Below, in pieces: positions 27,847 through 41,210 of a stretch of 64,000 nt of DNA. Both the position numbers and the translations under genes were made by a program. The stretch comes from Nageia nagi. Its lineage: Eukaryota > Plantae > Pinophyta. The notes under the pieces were generated by a model. The model had not been told where the DNA came from. It searched no databases and saw nothing but the letters and a program-made list of their open reading frames with translations. Within the stretch, counting starts at the first letter, position 1, and each line of letters opens with the position of its first letter. Where the stretch lies: NCBI GenBank assembly GCA_050084985.1, contig JBITNC010000002.1:22072001-22136000 (forward strand). The letters run 5' to 3'.

Positions 27847-27999
27847 CCTTTTGTGGACAGTGATCATTTTGTCCATAAATATTTTCTACCTAAGGAGTAT
27901 GCAATTATAATACCTACATTTGCTGGAGTTGCCCTCCTTAGTTTCTTGATGGTTTTTGTTGGGTTCACAATGCTGAAAGCAAAACAAAAGGCTTCATAA
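27847..27999 (+). CDS. DPM2: DPM2 coding exon 2
   Basis: After a ttacag acceptor it reads PFVDSDHFVHKYFLPKEYAIIIPTFAGVALLSFLMVFVGFTMLKAKQKAS*. The spliced product is 80 aa with two hydrophobic helices, like plant DPM2. Confidence 0.93.
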   Translation, partial: PFVDSDHFVHKYFLPKEYAIIIPTFAGVALLSFLMVFVGFTMLKAKQKAS

Positions 28000-30900
28000 G
28001 GTGTGTTTGAATTGATGTGCCAGTCAGTTTTGTTTACAAATCATCAAATGTTCAAATACGCTGGTTTCTGAAAACACATGCTGAAGATTGAATTTTTGGC
28101 AATGACTTCAATATAATTCTTACACTTCAAAAGATTATCTTGGCTGTGCAAAAAATTCCGGATATGATGCCAGATTACCAATGATGTCCAAGAGTTTGTT
28201 AGCACAAATTAATATAAAAAATGATTCCATACATTGAGAAACATGGCACTGTACCCTGTGATTAAGAATCACAATATACAAATTAAAGAATCACAATCTC
28301 TTGCAAGCATCATTGTCCATTTTAAGTTGATCAACATAAAAGCTATTTTGATCGTCTGCCATTTTGTCAAGTTGGAGATTGTTATATGTTTTCCGCAGTG
28401 TCGTATAGATCATTTGAATGCTTTTGATTATTGAATTACAAAAGTTTCATATCTTTCATGTGGAATCCATGCTAATTGTGCCATTGGATTTGGAAGAACA
28501 ATCTCAAACAACTATGCAACCGATCAAAGCTGCTACGAGACCACGAGAAATTTCATACAAAATTGCCCACATGCAAATCTTCATAGGAGACTTCCTCAAA
28601 TAAAAGATGATCTTGTTTTCTCCAGAACTTGTGTTCATTAAGTAATAATTATTTCTACGCAGATGGGCTGGCTTAGATTCATCACTTGACGAAAAACACT
28701 GTATTTTCAGTAGTCATATGGTATCTACACCCATCACAATATTGCAATTTGCACGACTTAAAGCAAATAATCAAGTTAATTAGTTTTCTTTGTTGAATTT
28801 TGAACTTGGAATTGCAATTTATTCGACAACTAATAATTTGGGAACCTTCATAGAAGCAAATGATGCTCTCAAGCTGCAATATCAGCTACGGTGTAGATTG
28901 CAATAAGATTTGAAGTGTCTTCCTTAACAAAAGTAATTCATTTTTGTGTCTTATCATTGCTGAAGTCCCTTCTGTAGAAACAACTATTGAACTTTCATAC
29001 ATAAGAACTATGCCATTTAATATTAACATTATTTGTGCTTTTCCATTTTCCATTTTGATGCATATGTGAGCGGCATAAATTGTGAAATTGATGCTTCACA
29101 ACCCTTTCCATGTTGCCATACATTTTCTGCTTTAAGCTGCAATAAGTGATTTCATATATTATTATAGAAAAGGATTTTCTAGCATATAAGTTAAAGACAT
29201 TCAGATATGCCGTAACGAAATTCATTTGCAACTTTGAGACTTGCATATGTAGTGTACTTTTAAGATTTTAAAATATAAGGCGTTCTTTCTTCCATTAAGA
29301 ATCTATAAAAGTTTTTCATGTTTTATTGGGAGATGAAATATCCTACTATCGTTTTAGCAATTACTCTATTAACATATTCAATTTGTGCAATGTAATTTCC
29401 TCGCCAAACAAAGAGGGATAGGGTGTTCAATAATGCATGTTTCTAATAACAAAGTTGTGGGTCTAAAGTCCACAAATGTTGGGTCATGTCGAGCCAGTTA
29501 GTTAATGATGCATAGACTTCCACATCACAAGTCTTCAATTAAAGAAAAAGAAAATTGGGATTCATTGTTTAGCCCTTTCCAAACATTTTTGAACTTTGAT
29601 CTCTTCTTGATCAATTGCTTGCATCGGTTGATTGTTCAAAGATTAGTTTAGAGGGCCTTTTGAGTATATTGACTAGGACAATAAAGCATTTTGAGTATAT
29701 TGATTAGGATAATAAATTTAAAATTTGTTTCCATTGTCCCACTTACCATCAAATAGTACATTGCTACAATTTGATAAAGAAGATTGAATTAAAGCCATGG
29801 ATGGGAAGTCACTTAGATCGATTGACTTTTGTATTCAAGTCAACAATTGTGGCCTACACATGGTTTTGGTGTTTACTTGTATCAATCCCCTATTGGTTAG
29901 AGATGTTTTTCTAAATTGAATCGTGAACACCACAAAATCAATAGAGATAGATAGATAGATGTTTTTTTAACATCCTTTTAGATCCATTGGTTGCAAGATC
30001 TATCAAAGGTTTAGAATTAAATATATATCAATTAAGTATTTGAATGATTGTTTCTCATATAAAGAAAACATTTAACAATGCATAAATACACATATATTCC
30101 ACGAAAAATAAGATTACTTCCAAGAAAAATTGGCCACAATAACTCACATCTATCCAATGAAAATAAATCATTAAAACAAAATTTTAGATACAGATCAAGC
30201 ATAATATGATGATGTTTGTTAAAACCTCCAAATAGTAACTTATCACCTCCTGTTAAGGGATTTGGGAGACAATTGAGGAGTGATGACACCCACATTGAAC
30301 GTCTCAAGTTCTACTTCCACCTTCTACATTGGTGATATTTAAAACTCATGATAGGTCCTATAAACCAATAGGTTTAAAGGATGTTAAATGTTGATTTTAC
30401 CTTTATTAGTGTTTCACAAAACTTTAGAAAAAAGATTAAATTTAATAAACATTAAAAAAGCCAAACTAGGAGCATTCGTTGAGAGAATCCATTGCCAACC
30501 TGGTACCAACGAATTGTGCAGTGGAAATTTGTTGCCAAATTGACAGCAACGAATCTTGTAGTGAGAATTCATTATTGACCCAAACACAATGAATCTCGCA
30601 ATGAGAATTTGTTGGCCACCCAATCATAATGAATCTATTGCCTCAAACTCCTATACATATCACTCCTCCTGTTTGCATAGCTCCTTCAAACATAACATCT
30701 AAACCCTCTTATTGTGAAGCTCTAGCCTTAATCTTGTATTGACAACAAGTGATTCAACTGCAAATAGGAGAGAAGTTGAGCACCCATCCATCAAGATTTA
30801 TTCTTTGTTGTTTTTAAGCTTGTCCATGCCATAGTGAGACCAACAAGTAAAAGAGTGTGTTTGGATAGATCTCGAGAGGATGGGGTGTAAAGGAAAGGCG

Positions 30901-31659
30901 AAATTGGAGGATACTCAAAGCTATGGAAACAACCCTATAGAGATCTTTGAGAGCGAGGAGGATGCCATTTATGGAGTTCACTGCCATATTGAAAGCTTGG
31001 TGAAGGAGGTAGACATAGTCAAGGTGGGGTTGAACCTTGGAGGTCTCTCACAACAACACTCTCAAATTGTTGAAACAAGACAAAGCCATGATGAAAGAAG
31101 TTCAAACTTCTGGATTAAAGATGCAAGCCATGGTGGGCAAATCCCTATAAAGAACACAAATGATCTTTCATTGAAATGCAAGGGTCAATTGATGAGCTCG
31201 AATGTTGTTGCAAGAGATGTAAACTTATGTTTTCTTTTGTAATCTAATGTTTAGTTGATTTGCTTCTAGATGCATGTGGAACAATCAAACCATGGTTAAG
31301 ATGTTAGGTTTTGAATATGTTGTTGTATTTTGTATTTTCTAAGGTAGTCTAGTATATGCGAGGTGCATATTTTCTAAGAATTTTTTGGGTGGAGTTAGAC
31401 CATGTTTTGTATATTTAACTAAAATTATTTTCTAGATTTGATTATTGGAATTCTTTAGTGATAAAAGTGAAATGTTTGATCTCTAAGGCTTTCTATTTTA
31501 TTATAATTCATGTAAATTTGGTTTGCTCTATAGGCACATAACATATATGAGTTATGTGATATGGAGGTTGATGATAAAGAATTGCTTCTCTGCTTTACCT
31601 ATATGGAGGCTTATGAACATTATGAAATGTTTGCATAGTCTCTGTAATTGTTACAAAGA

Positions 31660-32002
31660 CTTTTTATATATTTTTAAAATAGTAGGATTTTTGAGGCGGA
31701 TTTAAAATGCCTCTAAAGGGTTCTTGAGATGGTTTAAAACCATCTTTAAAAAACAATTGAGGTGATTTTAAATTGACTCTAAAGGTTTTTTGAGGTAGTT
31801 TTAAATGGCTTTTGAGGTGTTTTTAAATTACCTCTATATATTTTTTAGGGCAATTTCTAAGACCTTATGGAGGTAGTTATAAATTGTTTCCATATGGACC
31901 CAATTATTAGTGGTAGGCACATAGATGATGAACAAATAACCATCACTAAAGGGCTTTAGGGGCAGTTTTAAACTGCCTCCAAAGACCTTTTTTGGTTTAA
32001 TG
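31660..32002 (+). mobile_element. Decayed CACTA transposon 3' end (subterminal palindromic repeats)
   Basis: Repeated gaggYRgttttaaaYYgcctc palindromes occur at ~31693, 31760, 31792, 31813, 31870 and 31960. The segment ends aaagaccttttttggtttaatg, a degenerate ...TAGTG. Confidence 0.55.
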
Positions 32003-32029
32003 ATTTTTTATGGTATCCAACCTTGTCAT

Positions 32030-35000
32030 AGGGGTAAAATTTTCATTATAGGATATTCTATGATATTATCAATATCCTTTAGAAACCAATATTGCCATGT
32101 ATTTATTAATCTCACAATTTTCATTGTATTTGGTTTTGTAAACCCATTTAACACTAAGTACATCCTTTCTTGTTGGAAGGTTTACTAATTCTCAAGTCCA
32201 ACTTTTCTCAATTCCATCAATTTTAATATCTACTTTTTTTTCAATTTTCATTTTTTAATAAAATCTTCATATTAAATAAGATCAACTGCAGTAAATAAAG
32301 CAAAATTTTCAAATATATTATTTTATTCATTGTTTGTTAACTCATAAATCTCCTCCAAGATTCTCATCTTCCTTGGTGTCAAAATGACTCTTCTTCTTCC
32401 ATTTGAAGAAGTAGATGAAGAAGGAATAGGGATATTTGCATTACTAGTTCTATAACTTACTATTGATGGTAGATATGAACTATTTTCATCTAAAGTTTCC
32501 ATGTGAATATAGTGAAGGTGCTATTTCTCTAATTTTTCATTTCAATCCCATTCCTCTTTCTCTTCTCATCTTCCTTGTGTCAAAATGACTCTTCTTCTAC
32601 CATTTGAAGAAGTAGATGAAGAAGGAATAGGGATATTTGCATTACTAGTTCTGTAGCTTACTATTGATAGTATATATGAACTATTTTAAACTAAAGTTTC
32701 CATGTGAATATAGTCAAGTTGCAATTTCTCTAATTTTTCATTTCAATCCCATTCCTCTTCCTCATCAAACGCTACACATTTGTTGATTACAATTACTTGT
32801 GTAAGTGGATTATAAATCTTGTATGCTTTAGATTACTCACTATAACCTACAAAAATAAATCCCCACCTCTATCATCTTAGTTTTTCACTTTTCTTCTAGA
32901 ACATGTGCACATATAATGCACCAAAAAAAACTCATAGATATGGCATACTTTATTTTCTGTTACTCCAAGCTTCTTTAGGAATCATATTATTCACACTTTA
33001 TGTTGGGCATGGATTTATTAGATGAACATAACGAGCTATAGATTTAACCTAATAAATATTTGACAAAATCTTTCCCTTCAATGTATATCTTGCCATTTTC
33101 ATTATTATCTTATTCTTTCTCTTTGTAATACCATTTTGTTGTGATGTGTATCCAAAAATCAAATCTTAACTCCATTTACCATGAAATTTTTAAAAGTTAA
33201 TTAGGAACATATTCATCTACTCTATTTTCTCTTAAGAACTTCACATAATGATCTTTTTTCTTCTACACCAATGCTTTAAATTACTAAAGAGTTCTAAAAG
33301 CTTTTGAATTTTACTTCAAAATATAAACCCATGTTTAATGACTAAAAGTATCAATGAAAATCATTAAATATTTGGAATTACCAATTTAATTAGTTTGCAA
33401 TGACCCACATAAATCCAAATGAATGAGCTTAAGTGGAGCTCTTGCCTTCCATGATTTAGCAACTAGAAATATTTCTCTATATTTCTCATAAGAAACACAC
33501 TCACCATATTTTTATTATATAACAAATTCACACCACTAAAACTCAAAGGCCCAAATCTAAGATGCCAAATTCATGATTTATTTTTAATTCTTGCCTTGAA
33601 CGATAACATCAATTCATTTTGAAATTTTAAAGGAAACATATGATTTTTTGTCATTTGAACTTTTGCAACCAACTTACTACTTACATTCTTATCATAAACC
33701 ACACATGCATCTTTTTTGAAATAAAGTTTGTAACATTTTTCTTTAAGTTGTCCAATGCTCATTAAATTATGTTTCAAACTAGACACATAATAAATAGTTT
33801 AAATATTACATTATTATTATTTCTCAACTCCACCTTTGATTGTACAAACTCATCAATATTTGTAACTAAATCTCTATCTCCACTCATGTGATTACAACAA
33901 CCATTCTCCAAATACCAAACCTCTTTGTTGCTTTCCTCAATAACATTGCATGTGATAAATATAGATCCACTATTTTCATTTTTAACTTCGATTTCCTTGG
34001 ATAAATGTGGATTTTGTTTATTCATATAAAATTATTTATTTTTACGTGCATTGGTATTATGAGAAAATTTGTTACAATAATAATATTGGACATGAGATTT
34101 GTCATACCTTTGATGTCCATGTGCATGATTATGGCTACTCCCTTTGCCACTTCTACTTTCGCCTTTGTGAAAGTTACAACTAGTTCTTTCTCCTTGATAA
34201 AAATTGCTTGATCTTCTACCTCTTGAATAACTTCTAGCTCCACCTCTATATCTCCCTCTTGATGAATCTCTATATTGACAAACAACTCTTTTCCCTTTTT
34301 TTTTTAAAGACATTTATGATTTAAATGCATGCTTATAAGAGGGACTAATTATTCTATTCAATCTTTACTCTTATTTTTGCAAGGAAAATGTAAGCTCTTC
34401 AATAGTGAGTATTGATAAATCTTTAGATTCCTCAATAGCTACAATTATGGGTTCCAATTTTTCTAGTAAACTCCTTAAGATCTTTTCAATGATTATTTGT
34501 TCCTCCATAGTCGCTCCATAAGACTTTGCTTGATTCACTACACTCATTGCATGGGTGAAAAAAACATTCATACTTTCTTATTCATTTATTTGAAGGTTCT
34601 CAAATTCCCTTATAAGCATTTGCAATCTGACAAGCTTTACTTTATTTGTTCTTTGATATGCATTTTGCAAGCTTTCCCAAGCTTGTTTGGTTTTGGTAGG
34701 AGCTGCTATCCTTAAAAAAAAATGGACATTTTCACTGCTTGTTGGATGAAGAACGAAGCATTTACATCTTTCTTTCTGTTTTCTTTTAATTTATTCTTTT
34801 GTGCTTCACTCAAAGCATTAAAAGTATTTTGATCAGTGATTCTACATAGCCATTCTTTATGAACTCCCACGAATCTTGAGAGCAAAATAATGTTTTCATT
34901 TCAATACTCTTATATTCATAATTTTTCGCATTAAATTGAAGAATATATGAGGATGTGAAATTACTATTGTTCATGTTTGTTATTAAAAATCTCTAAAAAC

Positions 35001-35066
35001 CACACAAATTTACTTCAATTGTTTTTTAAATACTCAAAAATAAACTCAAATCTAACCCTGATACCA
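32030..35066 (-). mobile_element. Degenerate Ty1/copia element (PBS, gag, zinc knuckle, protease, integrase; RT truncated) with an internal ~202-bp tandem duplication
   Basis: PBS tggtatcaggg on the minus strand at 35056-35066. Gag IEKILRSL...IVAIEESKDL, knuckle YYCNKFSH, protease WYLENGCCNHMSG, and LKHNLMSIGQL. Duplicated block at 32361-32562 / 32563-32765. Confidence 0.88.
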
Positions 35067-35203
35067 AATATACCAGAAATTTATTGGAACAGAGATTACC
35101 ATATGAGACTAATAGTTCTGCTGAAAGATTTTTTTTCTGAATACAATCAATCTTTTCTCAAGCTATTGCTTATTTAAAACTATGATATCTAAAAATAAAC
35201 TCT

Positions 35204-36140
35204 CTAAATTGTGTTGTTAGATGTGAAATCTCTTGCAGCGCCCAGCACTTGTGCCTGCATTTCAGTTTCAAATAGTTTCAAAACTGGCTGAGGCATCCAC
35301 ATCAATATCTTAATTCCATCTCTGCCATTCATTGGATTCAGAAACAGGAATGAATTTACATGAAAGGCCACGTTCAATTTCATGGGACTCACATTCATTG
35401 CTTTTCCCAACCCAAAATCCACTCCCTCGAATCCCAACTTTCTCCAGTCACTCACCAAAAGATGCCGAGGACATATACACACATCCATCTTAACTCCACC
35501 CTGATGCCTGTTGAATTCCTGAAAGTCGATGAAGCTTCTCAGATACGAGTCATTTAACGACTGCTTTACATTCCTTATAATCTTGAAAACATGCAAAAGA
35601 GATGCGTCAAGCAGCTCTCGAACAGTAGCTAATGCACTTACTACTAGGGTAACATTGCCGTAGTATCCATCCGGCATGGGAGGGTTGAATGATCTGCTCA
35701 CGTCCACTGCAAACATTAAATTCACCTCCTCACTCTGAAACTTCAAGAGCTGTTGTTCTTGCTCTCCAACACAACACTGTCACCACTTCAAAACTAGACA
35801 CAGATTCTTCACCTTCTTCCACAAGACATTTCTTGACATGTTCTATGGTATTGGAATTTATAACAAGAGAAGATTGAACTAACTCGTCGTTGATTGAAAG
35901 TGACCGAACGCTAGCAGACGGTGCATTCTCTGATTCTATTTTAACACCATGAAACTCTAACTGTGGAGGGTCTCTGGGTTTGAGGAGTTCTCTCTGCCAC
36001 ATGGGTTGTACAGAGAGGATAGAAGCTCCTCTTGCTGTTTCTGCAAGGGCATTAAGGAACTGCACTGCTCCTCGTCCGTCCAATAGGCTGTGGTGGAAAC
36101 CCACTCCCACAACAAAGCTCTCGCAACTGAAACCAGTTAC
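35204..36140 (-). pseudogene. BAHD acyltransferase exon 2, frameshifted
   Basis: After acceptor cacag it reads VTGFSCESFVVGVGFHHSLLDGRG (HxxxD). A frame change at ~35735-35745 separates ARTTALEV from QSEEVNLMFAVD. PDGYYGN is present, and DFGLG replaces DFGWG. Confidence 0.85.
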
Positions 36141-36952
36141 CTGTGCTTCAAAATAACTACCGTTACAATAAATTGATAATGCTCTAAATTTAACAGATTA
36201 TCTAAATGAACTTAACTATCATGTATGTTGTCTTCATCCAACGATTACAGTTAATTATAGTACACATTTTGATTTGTACAGTAGTTTTCTTATTTCTTAA
36301 ATGAAGACAATGTTCATATAATTAATTCGTGGATAATATTTGTCAGACATAATAAATTGAAATTTTTATTGAAAATACCAAGTTCATAATAAAGGCAAAA
36401 GTTATAAACCTATGAGTTAAGGCATAGCAGATTTTTTTATGTTGAAAGAAGTCACACTTGCACTGCTATTTCACATACTGTCATAAATATTAAATGCACA
36501 CAACTCATAAACCATTTAACTCTAGCACATCTGCACACGATCTTAAGATGGTCTAAAGGTCATTGGAGTTAACTGTCATCTACTTTGTGTTTAATTAGTA
36601 GGGACCGTTGATTATCATACATAAATAATAGATTATTTTACAGAAATAATTTTGTATCAAATCATTAATGGTATCCATTAAAAGTGATTTTGATGAATGA
36701 TATAACAGTTAAGATATTGTATTGATAATCAATTATTTTTGTCAATGTGATAATCAACTATTTCTTTATGATAATAAACTAATTTTGTATAATAGTCAAC
36801 TAATTCCGTAAGATAATGAAGAGAGTCCCACAGTTTCAATTAAACACAACTTAAGCGACAGTTGACTATAACCAGGCATAGTAGTCCATGTATTCTTCTC
36901 TGAAGGTAAAAAGCTGTGGTGAATAGAGATAAAGTTGAATAGGAGTATTTAC

Positions 36953-37396
36953 CAGAATAACCAGATGAATGTCGCTGATATCTGTATGTGGAGGAAACTC
37001 AAACATGAGCTGTTGAAATGATGAATTGAGGTTGTCCATATCGCCAAGCACAGACAAGGTATCGAAGGTGGTGGCTTCAACGAAGAGAGCACCCTCGCCC
37101 GTGCGCTCCACTTGAAGTTTTCCATTGTGGGCATTTCTCAACCGTCCAGCCAAGGGATAATATTGCACCAACACCTTGGATAAAGCCTCCCGAATCACTT
37201 TTGCAGGGTCAGCAGCTAAAACATTTAGATCGGGCCGGCTTTTGTACACGAGCAATGTAGTGAACATAAATCTCAATGCTGGCTGATCATCGATGTTGGA
37301 CAGATAGAGGATGGAGTTGGGTGAAGGCAGGCAGGGACGCACTACCATTTTTTTCACCACCTTCACATATAAATCAGTTGACGAATGGTTCTCCAT
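36953..37396 (-). pseudogene. BAHD acyltransferase (Taxus taxoid acyltransferase-like clade), exon 1
   Basis: MENHSSTDLYVKVV...PCLPSPNSILYLSNIDD...ADPAKVIREALSKVLVQYYPLAGRLR...TGEGALFVEA (148 codons). The GTAAAT donor at 36952 sits at the conserved BAHD intron position. Confidence 0.85.
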
Positions 37397-38439
37397 ATGA
37401 AGTTCTCTGCAGAAGAATTTCAGAGCTCTCAATAGATAGTAGGAAAACCAAAGCTTGTATCGAAATTCGTGGGGCTTCTCATCACCTGTAAGTTTAACCG
37501 CGGAATAGAATAGAATCGTCTACCCAATGTAGTAGATTCCAAATTGGAGTTCATTGGCATGTTGATGGAGAGAAGCTTGAGTAACTATCCTACATAGGAC
37601 ATAAAAGCATCAAGGTTGTGCTTTGTTCTCCCCTCAAGGAATCAAAATTGAGCCCTTCTAAAAGGGCATCCAGCCGACCATAGAAAGCTTAAAATTAAAA
37701 TAATGGTACCTAAAATGAAAGGTTATTTTTTAAGAGATCAATAGGTGGAGCTTAAATGCCTTCACTCAAATTTTATATTGAAGGTTGGTTAAATTATATC
37801 AATCTCTTTAGGAGATCCAGTTGATCTATGGGATGGTGAGCCAATATAATAATATGCATATAACATGTATTTCACCTTAGAGATTGCTTCTACAATAGTT
37901 TAGGTTCTTTACCATCTTACCACATAGTTAGAGATAATAATTGAAAATACTTTTAATTGATAATAGTTTAAAATTTTAACTATTTAAAATTCTTATACTT
38001 GATAATTTCGCAAATCTCATTATTTTTATCTGAAATGTTAACTATATAGCAAATAAGAGGCTTAAGTCATAAAATATTGAAGAGGATAGTTCCCACAAGT
38101 AATTGTACCTTTTTTTTTTTTACTAGAGAGATCTTATGTCATTAAGGTTTATGTATATTCTTATTATTATCATCACCACCTTGTCTCAATCATATCTACA
38201 ACCAATTTCCCACAAAATCTTGCATTTACTAGCAATACCTCCTTTGGCAGGAGTTAACGACCCAATATAATGGCTTCATCCTTGGTAGAGGCTCCTACTT
38301 TGATAGGAGCTCTTCAAGAGAATGTCATATCACTAGGGAAAGAACCCAAATGTTATCTTGAGGTATTTTATAAGGTATTGATTCCAATCCTAATGTTACA
38401 ATTCATTTTCTTTAATAACTTTAGGTTGACTTGCCTATG

Positions 38440-41210
38440 AATTTATATTATTGATGTTATGAGTCCAATTTGTCGGACCCATCTTCAAAAAGAAAATAAA
38501 GTAGAATCTTCTTCATTAAATAGAGATGAATATTACCCAATTTTATAAGATCAAAGTCAACCCTCTATCATAAATTAAAAATAAAAAAAATACTAAATAA
38601 ATTAATATAGTTAGATTCTACATATAAATATCTTTTCCCAAAGATGTATAGAATATGAAAACCCAATTTAAAATGCAAAATTTATAGTTATTTTTGTGTA
38701 ATATTATTTTTCCTTCTATGTTCATGAATACGGTCTATAATAGGTAACCAAGTCCTACTAATTTCAATACCTTGGTATTTATTTATATTATTAGGGTTGA
38801 GTTTAATTTCAATAGCTTCTCTAATTCTTCATTCATGGAATTGTCACATCTAGTCAAGAATTCAACATTATCCATGAGTATATAGTGTTTAGTCTTATCC
38901 ACATTTTCAATAAGGGAAGATTTAATTATTATATTATTTTATAAATTTGCATAATGTTCTTTAACTCTTGCATGCATTGACCTACCTATTTCATTAATGT
39001 AATAAGTTCCATGTAAGTTCCACACACACATATTATCTTATATACATCTTTATGTTGCAAGCGTCCTACAAGGTCCTTCACATATTCTCTAATTTATTAA
39101 GAGGAATAAAAATTATTTTAATATGTTCTTTCATTAGTATATAGTTAAATGTTCACATATACCCTTGATATAGGGAAGTTGGGCTATCTCAATGCAAGAA
39201 TTAATAATATTATAGTCTTGTCTCTCATTAATTTTTCCTCTTTCTATCATATTCCACACATTTCTAATCTCCTTAATGGAGTAACTATTTCTTATTAAAG
39301 CTTTAGTTAAATGCATATTCTCCTTATGTATATGGTCATTATTAGAAATTCTAAGGGCTCTAGTCATAAGAATATTGAGAACCCCATCTTTTGAGCATGA
39401 TGATGATGAGATGAGGTATGCAAATATATGTTTGTATGTGTCTTTTTTATGTATACCTTATGCCCCATATCCCCATTATCCTTTTTATAAACTAGCACAT
39501 CAAGGAAAGGAAGCTAACCATTATCCTTTTTATAAACTAGTACATCAAGGAAAGGAAGCTTATCATCAATTGAATTAAGGTGGTTATGAAAATCCTCAAG
39601 TGAATATTTTCCATGTGACCAATTCATATTTATATCATCCATGTATCTATCCCACCATTATTGTTTTAAATGAAATGAATAAAGTTCATTGCTTTCAAAC
39701 CACTTCATATATAAGTTGGGACCAATGGGTGATAATGGAGAGCTCATTGCTACCCTATGCACTTGTTCATAGAAATCCTCTTGATAACTAAAAAATGTAG
39801 TTTATAGGCATATTTTAATCAATCATAATGTTTCACGTCTTATTAAGTTAGATATAACCTTTAATGTTTTATCTATAGGAATTTTTTCTATAAGGAAACA
39901 ACATCGAAACTAACCAAAATATCACCATCCTTAACTTTGTGATTCTTTATCTTGCTTACAAAATGTTCATAGTTATTAGTGTATGAAGATGGTTTACCTT
40001 ATAAGCATTTAAGTTTTTCTTTGGCTAAATATTTAGTTAACTCATATGTTGGAGAGTTAATGATTTCCACAATGGGCCTAATTGGAACTCCTTCTTTATG
40101 TATTTTTGGGGTCCCATATATCCTAGGTACAATTGATATTTTAGGTATTAATATTTTCTTGGTTTCCTCATATACAAATGAAACTATGATATATTTCTTT
40201 GCTTTATTAATTATTTTATTGAAGGGGTTTGTATTCAATTTCTTGTAGCATCTTGAAGAGATAAGATGACCCAACATTTTTGCATGGTAGTCATTAACAT
40301 CAATAACTAAAATTCCATTTCCTTTATTCAATTTAAGAATGATAATATCCTTTTTATTTTTCAATGCTCTTAAGGCAACATCTTCATGCTTGGAAATATT
40401 TTTCTTAGGTGGTTTTGCCTTCTTTAATACTCTTACACAAACTTGGAGAATATTTTCAGCCACAACACAAGGAAGGTATTTAATAGCTAACTATATACCA
40501 CAAATGAATTTCTCATAGGGAATTTATTTGGGAGTAATAGAAAAATTGAAACCTTTATTCAAAATATTAATAACATGATTACTTAAAATAAAACTAGAGA
40601 GATTGACAACACCTTTTACAATAGACGTATCAAAATTTATAGGCATGCATTGAAAATTATTAACCACTAAATAATTTATATGACTAAGAGAGGGAAAAGT
40701 AGAATGCATCACATAGGGTGATATATGTGTATTATAAGATGAAAAAGATACATCAATTTTAAAAGAGGAATAAGGAGATGAGATAAATAAACTATCTTGA
40801 CTATTATTGTTGCATGTATGATCTTTGTACTTAATGTCTTTAGGTTATTAGGGCATCTACTATTTAACAACATAGGAGGAATGGTACTTAACAAAATTGC
40901 ATGAGTGGTGTTATGTAGGTTAAGAAGCAAATCTTTACTACAACAAATCTTAATTATTGAGGGATGGGGTATTGTTAACATAATTTGTTAAAATATCAAT
41001 ATTAGGAGATAGATTGGCATGGTTTTTAATAGTTTTGAATTTGTTTACATGTATTTTGGTTCTATATATTTTCTCCCACTCTACTTTAGTTGATGAGTTC
41101 ATCTCTATGATATCCCATGTCTTTCTATCAACAATGTTAGTAATTTTAATGTGTAGTGAGTATCTTAAGATGTCATCTAGTTCTTTCCTTTTGTTATTGA
41201 TCTCAATATG
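38440..41210 (-). mobile_element. Penelope-like element with C-terminal GIY-YIG endonuclease (Dryad-like), degenerate, copy 1
   Basis: VVNLSSFIL...LNKGFNFSITPK; IIILKLNKGNG; PRIYGTPKIHKEGVPIRPIVE..NSPTYELTKYL; LVSFDV; RNSYS; LPYIKG; VYKI.C.C...YINEIGR...RVKEH. Confidence 0.88.

Noticed and set aside
28234-29246. Several 60-80 aa ORFs downstream of DPM2
   Set aside because: They show no homology-like motifs or coherent exon structure and are consistent with chance ORFs in 3' flanking DNA.
36866-36952. ORF-track extension of BAHD exon 1 (VNTPIQLY...)
   Set aside because: This is read-through into the intron past the GTAAAT donor. The upstream TTG start at 37432 is likewise not the likely initiator.
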